Origin: a virus
Taxonomy: Duplodnaviria > Caudoviricetes
IMG/VR virus record: IMGVR_UViG_3300037601_000088
Location: 32,001-96,000 of that record
DNA: 64,000 nucleotides
Strand: one strand, 5' to 3'
The position numbers and the translations under genes are program-made. The notes beneath the pieces are model-generated. The model was not told the DNA's origin and searched no databases. It was given only the letters and a program-made list of their open reading frames with translations. Positions 57,332-64,000 of this stretch are shown here, one piece after another (position 1 is the first letter of the stretch; each line of letters begins with the position of its first letter).

Positions 57332-57771
57332 TTTTTATTTTTTCTTCCTAGATTTGCTAAATTATCTGCCCTTTCATTCATGTAATGGCCATCATGACCT
57401 TTCACCCATTTCCAATTTATTTCATGTAAATTATTCAAACGATCTAATTCAATCCATAAATCTTTATTTTTAACGTCTTTCTTTTGAGATGTTTTCCAAT
57501 TACTTTTTTTCCATTTTTGGATCCAATTGGATACACCATTTTTTAAATATTTTGAATCTGTGTATAATATTACATTACATTTTCTTTTAAGTAAACATAA
57601 ACCTTTTATGGCAGATAATAATTCCATTCTATTATTGGTCGTATCTTCTTCACCACCATAAATTTCTTTCTTTTTATTTTTATACTTTAAAATTGCAGCC
57701 CATCCGCCATCTCCAGGGTTAGGACTGCATGAACCGTCTGTCCATATATAAACCATTGATTTATTTGTCAT
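57322..57771 (-). CDS. rnhA: ribonuclease HI
   Basis: TDGSC.PNPG.GGW, TTNNRMEL, TDSKY and WVKGH..NERAD motifs. Confidence 0.95.
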   Translation of the reverse strand: MTNKSMVYIWTDGSCSPNPGDGGWAAILKYKNKKKEIYGGEEDTTNNRMELLSAIKGLCLLKRKCNVILYTDSKYLKNGVSNWIQKWKKSNWKTSQKKDVKNKDLWIELDRLNNLHEINWKWVKGHDGHYMNERADNLANLGRKNKNWK

Positions 57772-57789
57772 ATTTTTACAATTCGCGTT

Positions 57790-58396
57790 TTTAGATCCTA
57801 TTCAACTTATCAAGACGTAATCTCACACAAGTAAAAAAAGAATTAATTTAATCTTAAAATAGATATAACACGTAAAACATAATAAAGGATCTAAATTATT
57901 CTCTGAAAAAATTAATCAGTGAGAACTGTCCTTTAATAACGTATCCATATGACGGTACGTCACTCTATCTGAATCCTTCTATACCTCAGCTGCCGATTTT
58001 CCGCTGGCCAAACGTCCCACCCCTTTTTACTAAAAGAGAAAAAATTTTTAAATGTGATAAATTAGCTGAGTTACTTTTATGCTCTATAGAGAAGAAACAT
58101 AAAACGGTCGCCTAGCCGAAAGGAAACCATAGTTTGGAGACTGGTAAACTATCAAACCCGCTCAACATTTTATTAGATCTAGACAGACCCGAATAGAGAA
58201 ATGTATTCGTAAAAACTATTCTTTTTATTTAAAAAATTTCTTTTTCTCTTTAAATAAAGCGGGAACCTCCGAGCAGACCTTTAATTTAAAGAAATAAGTG
58301 TTACCTTTTTAAACCTAATTTTTAGCAGTTAAAAGTTTCAGTTATCTGGATTACTCTTCTATCACTATGATAGAAATTGCTTGTCTTATTAGTCAA
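57790..58396 (-). ncRNA. candidate large structured RNA (about 600 nt) or R-loop origin transcript
   Basis: ORF-free 670-bp gap with own promoter and at least nine stems. Confidence 0.6.
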
Positions 58397-58402
58397 TTTT
58401 TC

Positions 58403-58432
58403 TATATAAGATATAAAAATATATTTGTAAAC
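58403..58432 (-). promoter_or_regulatory. early promoter GTTTACA-17-TATATA
   Basis: Same class as the other early promoters. Confidence 0.65.
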
Positions 58433-58444
58433 ACTAAAAATGAA

Positions 58445-59899
58445 TTATTTTAGGTCATATGAATGATATTCAACTTCAAATTCTTCTCTTTCATAAAGAG
58501 CAAGTCTTTGTTTGCCATGTTTAAGAGCATAATTATCTCTTTTCTTATATTTCATATTGTCTATAATGTCATGAATTTTAACAGTATCTTTCCCTTCAGC
58601 TAATCTTAAACCTCTACCAATAAGCTGAGGTACTTGTATTTCACTTTTCATTGGAGCTGCGATAATAACATGATTAATTCTAGGTATATTAATACCTTCA
58701 GAAAATGTACCCATTGAAACAACACCTACTATATTATTTCCGGTTCCCATCCATTTTTGATATTCAGAACGTCTCTCAACACTTATAGATCCATCAATAT
58801 AGAATCTTTCCTTATTTGTGAAGCATTGATAAATTGCATTTCCATGTTCCCTATTTCTGAAGGCAACAATTATATTTCCATCAAGTGTTTCAATTAAACG
58901 TCCCAAAAACTTGAGTCTTTTTTTACTTTCTGATATAATTGAGAATTCGTCTTTCCAATCAACTTTATTTTTTGCTATCATTCTATTAAATCTTTCTGGA
59001 TAATTTAATAGAATTGCATTAATTTTTGGTCTTGCGACAATGCCTTTATCAATTAGTTGTTTAGTTGTGGCTAGTCTTTTTGCTGGCCCAAACAAACCTT
59101 CCAATGTCAATTTATGTGTTTCAATATCTTTAATTGTTCCAGTAAAACCATGACGATACTTGATTTTTTTGCATTTTTTAAGTAGTGACGCACATATTTT
59201 AGCATCCCATCTATGAACTTCGTCGGCCATAATAACGTCAAATTGTTCAAACCATTTCGGCTGTTTATTCTTTATTGATTGCCATGTTGAGGCAACTATT
59301 TGAGCTTTTGAATTTTTTTCTTTACCAGAAAAAATGGTATGTGATGTAAAGGAATTTTTATTTTTATCATACTCATTTTTGAAATTATCTTCAATTAATT
59401 GATCAACTAAACCAGCTCTATGAGCAACAATTAATATTCTCTTTTTCTTTTCTATGTAATATCTTGATAGACCATAAAGAAGATATGATTTACCATTTGA
59501 TGTAGGAAGTATAGAAATATTTCTTTTTGAATTAATACAATCAACAAAGGCCTCTACCTGTTCATCATGAGGAATAAAAGGTCCTTCTATTTTTTTATAA
59601 AATTTATATACAAAATCTTCATCGATTAATTCTTCATCAGAAAATAAATTATCATCTAATTCTATACCAATTTTTTTATTTTCACAAAATTGTATTATCA
59701 TTGGTATCAGACCTTTATAAATTAAGCCATTTGATACATTCAATAAACGAATTTTACCGTCCCAAATACGTTCTCTATATTTTGGTGAAAATTTATAGTT
59801 TTCGGCATAGAACGTGAAAAATTCTGATATCTCTAATAAATAACCTCTGTCACCTTTTAGCTTACAGTGGACTTCATCAAACTGTTCTATTCGTAACAA
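58445..59899 (-). CDS. uvsW: UvsW RNA-DNA/DNA helicase
   Basis: WDGKIRL, PTSNGKS, DEVH, GFTGT and QLIGRGLR motifs; TTG start. Confidence 0.93.
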   Translation of the reverse strand: MLRIEQFDEVHCKLKGDRGYLLEISEFFTFYAENYKFSPKYRERIWDGKIRLLNVSNGLIYKGLIPMIIQFCENKKIGIELDDNLFSDEELIDEDFVYKFYKKIEGPFIPHDEQVEAFVDCINSKRNISILPTSNGKSYLLYGLSRYYIEKKKRILIVAHRAGLVDQLIEDNFKNEYDKNKNSFTSHTIFSGKEKNSKAQIVASTWQSIKNKQPKWFEQFDVIMADEVHRWDAKICASLLKKCKKIKYRHGFTGTIKDIETHKLTLEGLFGPAKRLATTKQLIDKGIVARPKINAILLNYPERFNRMIAKNKVDWKDEFSIISESKKRLKFLGRLIETLDGNIIVAFRNREHGNAIYQCFTNKERFYIDGSISVERRSEYQKWMGTGNNIVGVVSMGTFSEGINIPRINHVIIAAPMKSEIQVPQLIGRGLRLAEGKDTVKIHDIIDNMKYKKRDNYALKHGKQRLALYEREEFEVEYHSYDLK

Positions 59900-60340
59900 T
59901 TATACTCCAGACTCGAATTTTCTTATGTCAATTAAGTTTTTAATAATATAACCTCTTTGTTTCACAACAACCAATATATCTTTAAGAAATTCCATTTTTT
60001 CTTTATAAAGTGTTAAATTTATTGTAGATTCAACTACATCTTTATCATTATTCACATATCTGTGAACTTCACTCTTAAGAACAACCTTAGAAAAAGGCTT
60101 CCATCCATATTCATTCAATTCGGATTTTTCTAATTCTCCCAAATAATATTGGGTTTTAATATGAATTAATTCATCGTGTTTAATTTGCTTTTTAAGATAA
60201 GCTATTCGTGCTTTTAGAAAAATCTCATAATATTTACTGTGTAAAATTGCAGACTTTACTGTCTCGCCTGCAATATCTTCCTCATTAATTGTGCTATCTT
60301 TAGCCCATTCGCTTAATATATCGTCTAATTTCATGTACAA
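59900..60340 (-). CDS. uvsY: recombination mediator UvsY
   Basis: W.KDS.I, LHSKY, YY.G and IKN.ID.RKF.SG motifs. Confidence 0.9.
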   Translation of the reverse strand: MYMKLDDILSEWAKDSTINEEDIAGETVKSAILHSKYYEIFLKARIAYLKKQIKHDELIHIKTQYYLGELEKSELNEYGWKPFSKVVLKSEVHRYVNNDKDVVESTINLTLYKEKMEFLKDILVVVKQRGYIIKNLIDIRKFESGV

Positions 60341-60350
60341 ACCTTTAACT

Positions 60351-60857
60351 TTATTCTATGAAAAATGTATCATATTCAAAGGTTGTTGTACAATTTACGT
60401 AGGCTATGGTACTATTTTCAATATTTAATGAAATATCTGATATATCTGTTGGCCAAGCATTCTTAAAAATAAAGTTTTTATTAGCATTATTTTTACTCGT
60501 TTTTGTAATAACAGTTATATCAGATACTAGATTATCTTTAGTTTTTGTAGAATGAACTTTACTTTTGTATTCATTAAATTTATTAGGGAATGAAATAGAA
60601 TTTATCCATGAAAGGATTTCTTTATAGTTTGATAAATCTTCATCAACACGAAAAGTTAAAGACAATGGCGCAAAAACAGGATGATCCCCCTGTTGTTTAA
60701 TATTAGAAAACGGGGTAGGTTGAAATACTGTTCCAATACTAATACTTGGAATATTAAATTCATTACAGAAAAAAGTTACATTAGGGCACATATCAATTAC
60801 AACTTCGAAATTGATATTTTCCAATAAATTAATAGAATCGGATCTTATATTACTCAT
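60351..60857 (-). CDS. gp3: tail completion/sheath stabilizer gp3-like
   Basis: FFC..NIP.IS.G..TPF, F.VDEDL.NY.EI..W and F.NAWPT.IS motifs. Confidence 0.8.
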   Translation of the reverse strand: MSNIRSDSINLLENINFEVVIDMCPNVTFFCNEFNIPSISIGTVFQPTPFSNIKQQGDHPVFAPLSLTFRVDEDLSNYKEILSWINSISFPNKFNEYKSKVHSTKTKDNLVSDITVITKTSKNNANKNFIFKNAWPTDISDISLNIENSTIAYVNCTTTFEYDTFFIE

Positions 60858-60894
60858 GAAGCAAAAACCTTTCAATGATATTTATCAAACCAAT

Positions 60895-61116
60895 ATGGAG
60901 CGGTTTGAAGAAAAAATTAGAAATTTACAATCTAAGTATGATTTAAATGCTTGGGAAGCAATACAAAAATATCAAGAAGATACAGGAATTGAGGAAGAAT
61001 TAATCGGCAATATGATTAATGGTTTACCTAACCTGAAAAAAGATATATACAATGCAACTTCTATGCTTAATTTAGTAGAAAAAAATGATAGTAAATTACC
61101 AGATTATGAAGAGTGA
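60895..61116 (+). CDS. gp33: late transcription co-activator gp33-like
   Basis: EAI..Y....IEEE..LK..I...A..LNL..KLP motif; precedes gp32; start uncertain. Confidence 0.7.
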   Translation: MERFEEKIRNLQSKYDLNAWEAIQKYQEDTGIEEELIGNMINGLPNLKKDIYNATSMLNLVEKNDSKLPDYEE

Positions 61117-61146
61117 CATGCATAAATTTAGGCCTATTTTTAGTCC

Positions 61147-61209
61147 TATAAATATACTTGGCTGCTAGACAGCGTAATTAAAGAAAATTAAGGAAATTAA
61201 AGAAAACAT
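61147..61209 (+). promoter_or_regulatory. late promoter plus gene-32-type autoregulatory leader
   Basis: TATAAATA 61147-61154; GCTG/CAGC hairpin 61161-61173; three AATTAA(A/G)GAA repeats before the ATG. Confidence 0.6.
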
Positions 61210-62199
61210 ATGTCAAATTCATTTGCAGATTTATTAAAAAATAGAAAAAAACAAAACGAAAAACTAAAAGAAAAAATTCAAAAAGCATCAGGTGAAAAAA
61301 AAGAAGTAGATGATCGCTTCTTCGATTTAAAAACAATTAAAGATGAAAATGGTCATGGTAAAGTTCTTATTAGATTTTTACCACCACCCCCAGGAGAAGA
61401 TTGTGAATTCGTCACATATTTCTCGTATACAGATCAAAATAAAGAAAATGGTGTATGGTATTGGCACAATAGTCATAAATCATTTGACCCAGATGCCGAA
61501 GATCCTGCGTGGGATTATAATGGTAAAATTTGGTCTTCCCCAGATTTAACAAAAGAAGAAAAGAAAATTAAATCAATTCGCAGAACGAAAAATTTCGTTT
61601 CAAATATCCTTATTGTAAAAGATTGGGAAAATCCAGAAAATGATGGTAAAGTATTTCTTTATCGTTATGGCCCAATGATTTTCAAAATGATTGAAGAGAG
61701 ACAAAATCCAACATCTTCTTCAGATTTTGATGAAGCAGCAAATCCATTCGATCCTATTGAGGGTTGTAACTTCCTGTTAAAAATTACTCCGAAACAGGTT
61801 GGTATGGATACAATGTCTACATATGAAAAATCTGTTTGGAAAGATCCTTCTCCTATGGCAGATGATGAAGAAGAAATGGAAAAAATTTGGAAGCAATGCT
61901 ACAGTCTTACTGAATTTATTGATCCAGAAAATACTGACATGTATAAGACATTGGCTAAACAAAAAGCGGATCTTGCCCGTTATTTAGGCGAAGACGAAGA
62001 AGAAGATGATGATAATGTTAAACCTGCAAAGGAAGAAAAATCAAAAAGCTTTGCTAAAGAGCTAGACGATGATATTCCTTTCAAAGAACCAAAATCATCT
62101 AAGGATGATGAAGAAGAGGAAGACGATCTTCCTTTTACCGTTGATGATAGCGATGAAGATGACGATGATGATTCATTTTTCGATAAATTTAAGGAATAA
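61210..62199 (+). CDS. gp32: single-stranded DNA-binding protein
   Basis: IRFLP, NILIVKD..NPEN.GKVFLYRYG, PFD..GCNF motifs; acidic tail. Confidence 0.93.
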   Translation: MSNSFADLLKNRKKQNEKLKEKIQKASGEKKEVDDRFFDLKTIKDENGHGKVLIRFLPPPPGEDCEFVTYFSYTDQNKENGVWYWHNSHKSFDPDAEDPAWDYNGKIWSSPDLTKEEKKIKSIRRTKNFVSNILIVKDWENPENDGKVFLYRYGPMIFKMIEERQNPTSSSDFDEAANPFDPIEGCNFLLKITPKQVGMDTMSTYEKSVWKDPSPMADDEEEMEKIWKQCYSLTEFIDPENTDMYKTLAKQKADLARYLGEDEEEDDDNVKPAKEEKSKSFAKELDDDIPFKEPKSSKDDEEEEDDLPFTVDDSDEDDDDDSFFDKFKE

Positions 62200-62201
62200 T
62201 T

Positions 62202-62651
62202 ATGATGGATCGTTTATTTACTCTTAAGCGATATGCTCAAGAAATCAATGGAAGACAGTATCGTCAAGAAATTGATTCGGATTTAAGAAGAAGACTTAAA
62301 GAAGACGAAGTCGTGGTGCTCTACGGAGCATCCGACGATCTTCTTGAAATCGATGGTGTTTTTCAAGAAGAAGTAGGGGCATATGATGGTGGCCTTTTTG
62401 AACCCGTCGTATTTGGTAATACAGATTATTATGATTTTGTAGCGTCTGAAGAAAAACAGTCTTTTCTGGAGAATAATAATTATCCATACATTGATATGGT
62501 TTGGTCTCCCGAAAATTCAGATTTTTCATGGATAATTGATACAAATATTCCCCATGAAAGATTTATCATTTATGAAGATGACGATACTTATTGCGAGGGT
62601 GTACTTTTTTATCTGGAAGATTTAAGAAGTATGATAATCGCTTCCAGATAA
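62202..62651 (+). CDS. conserved hypothetical protein
   Basis: YGASDDLLE.DG and T.IPH..F.I.ED...YC.G motifs. Confidence 0.75.
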   Translation: MMDRLFTLKRYAQEINGRQYRQEIDSDLRRRLKEDEVVVLYGASDDLLEIDGVFQEEVGAYDGGLFEPVVFGNTDYYDFVASEEKQSFLENNNYPYIDMVWSPENSDFSWIIDTNIPHERFIIYEDDDTYCEGVLFYLEDLRSMIIASR

Positions 62652-62664
62652 AAGTGTTTTTATT

Positions 62665-63066
62665 ATGATTAGAAATGTGAAAATGATACATGAAATGGCA
62701 GCTGATCTTAACAATGATTTTCGCTTTAAGATTGTGGCTGCCATTTTTTTGAAAAATAAACCCGTTTCATTTGGGTATTGTCATTTGAAAAGCCATCCTT
62801 TTCAGGCTTCATATGCAAAGAATGATGATTCTATTTATTGGCATGCGGAAACTTATGCAATTTTCAACTCGTTGAAAAGAATCACTAAAAAAGATCTTGA
62901 AAAAGCTACCCTTATTGTGGCAAGATCGAAAGAAAATGGTCAGTTTGGTATAGCTAAACCATGTTGTGGGTGTGTACGTTGTATTTCTGATTATAAAATT
63001 AAAAAAGTAGTATATACTCTGGATGATCCATATAATAAAGAGTATGCAATTATTGATAATAGGTAA
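62665..63066 (+). CDS. cytidine/dCMP deaminase-like Zn protein
   Basis: HAE and KPCCGC motifs. Confidence 0.8.
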   Translation: MIRNVKMIHEMAADLNNDFRFKIVAAIFLKNKPVSFGYCHLKSHPFQASYAKNDDSIYWHAETYAIFNSLKRITKKDLEKATLIVARSKENGQFGIAKPCCGCVRCISDYKIKKVVYTLDDPYNKEYAIIDNR

Positions 63067-63069
63067 AAA

Positions 63070-64000
63070 ATGCAAGAAGCTTTAGATTTTTCACAAGTAT
63101 TAATTGAGCCCCGCTATAGTCTTGTTAATTCAAGAAAAGATGTGTCATTAATTAATTCTTTTACACTGCCAAATTCAAATCAAATTATTACAGGTGTTCC
63201 CATTATTGCATCAAATATGCATTCTGTTGGTAATCTTAAAACGGCTAAAATACTTCAAGAAGCTGAAATGTTTACGTGCTTGTCAAAATTTGAAAATCCA
63301 TTTGAAAATCACTTAGATATGGAAACGGATAATTTTAAACACGGCTATCTTGCTAGAAAAATGTCACTTACATATTCGATAACTAGAAATAAAGATTTAG
63401 ATCCTGAATATATAATTCCATCTATTGGTTATGATATGAAAGATTCTCATGTTAATAGAATTTTTGATAATTTTAATATTGTATGCGTTGATGTAGCAAA
63501 TGCACATACTCAAAGAATGATTGATTACTGCACTACTTTAAAAAGAAAATATTCCGAAAAAGCCATTATTATCGGTAATTTAGCTTCATGTGATTCTACA
63601 TTAATACAGAAATATATTGATGCTGGTGTGTCAGGCTTTAAAATTGGGATTGGTTCTGGTTCTATGTGCACAACACGCCTTCAAACAGGAATAGGTGTTC
63701 CTCAATTTACACTAATCAGGAATTTTGTTGAAGCACTTAAATATTATCCTGATCATCTTATTATTTCAGATGGTGGAATTCAAACACCAGGTGATATTGT
63801 AAAAGCTTTTGGTGCTGGTGCTAATATAGTTATGGTTGGTTCCATGTTTGCCGGTTTTAAAGACAATTCTGTAGCGGACGCAGATGGAAATGTTGAAATT
63901 TATGGAATGAGCAGCAATTTTGCCTCAAAACAGCTTGATATTAAAAATCATGACCATAATGTATCAGAGGGTAAAGTTGTTCAAATTCCTCAAAAACAAA
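63070..64000 (+). CDS. guaC: GMP reductase/IMPDH-family protein (truncated by the window end)
   Basis: Read manually: PIIASNM, VDVAN, KIGIGSGSMCTTR..G.PQ, SDGG..GDIVKAFGAGA..VMVGSMFAG. Confidence 0.88.
   Translation, partial: MQEALDFSQVLIEPRYSLVNSRKDVSLINSFTLPNSNQIITGVPIIASNMHSVGNLKTAKILQEAEMFTCLSKFENPFENHLDMETDNFKHGYLARKMSLTYSITRNKDLDPEYIIPSIGYDMKDSHVNRIFDNFNIVCVDVANAHTQRMIDYCTTLKRKYSEKAIIIGNLASCDSTLIQKYIDAGVSGFKIGIGSGSMCTTRLQTGIGVPQFTLIRNFVEALKYYPDHLIISDGGIQTPGDIVKAFGAGANIVMVGSMFAGFKDNSVADADGNVEIYGMSSNFASKQLDIKNHDHNVSEGKVVQIPQKQ

Noticed and set aside
58130-58420. Group I intron suggested by GCGGGAA and AAGATATA
   Set aside because: No ordered P-Q-R-S set, and neither flanking gene is interrupted
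61210-62199. gp32 lacking the T4 zinc-binding cysteines
   Set aside because: Common among distant T4-like phages; not novel
1-64000. Genome-wide TAG recoding or a CRISPR array
   Set aside because: Core genes are full length in the standard code and use TAG as stop; no regularly spaced direct repeats seen

Overview
AT-rich (about 30% GC by eye) 64-kb segment of a large T4-like myovirus genome; an alphaproteobacterial host is my inference from gene content. No databases were searched: all family calls come from motifs and synteny recognised by eye. From left to right it holds: a GC-rich tail-fibre/receptor-binding cassette; baseplate genes (VrlC-like, gp8, gp7, gp6, gp5 with an M15 peptidase, gp48, gp53, hub); a tape-measure-like gene; NAD+ salvage (NAMPT and NMNAT-Nudix); RNA ligase, DHFR, ThyA, TilS, YqeY and AlkB; a tRNA cluster; and the T4 core regA-62-44-45, 46-47-55, RNase H, uvsW-uvsY, gp3, gp33, gp32, then a deaminase and a truncated GMP reductase. 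Best candidates for undescribed biology: (1) A 14-codon leader (MITFL-TAG-KKIFKPP-TAA) followed by an anti-Shine-Dalgarno switch controls an unknown gene, and the same window encodes a CUA amber-suppressor tRNA, giving a putative amber-readthrough-sensing attenuator. (2) Six ADP-ribosyltransferase-like genes with a T4 internal-protein-type capsid-targeting N-terminus, plus two T7 gp0.7-like kinases, sit among the baseplate genes, a putative virion-delivered effector set. (3) The same AUAGA-loop two-hairpin RNA element precedes both NAD-salvage genes. (4) Three promoter-driven, highly structured non-coding RNAs (about 150, 280 and 600 nt) and two tRNA-like RNAs are present. (5) Several late mRNAs appear leaderless, and tail-tip proteins are strongly depleted of lysine.
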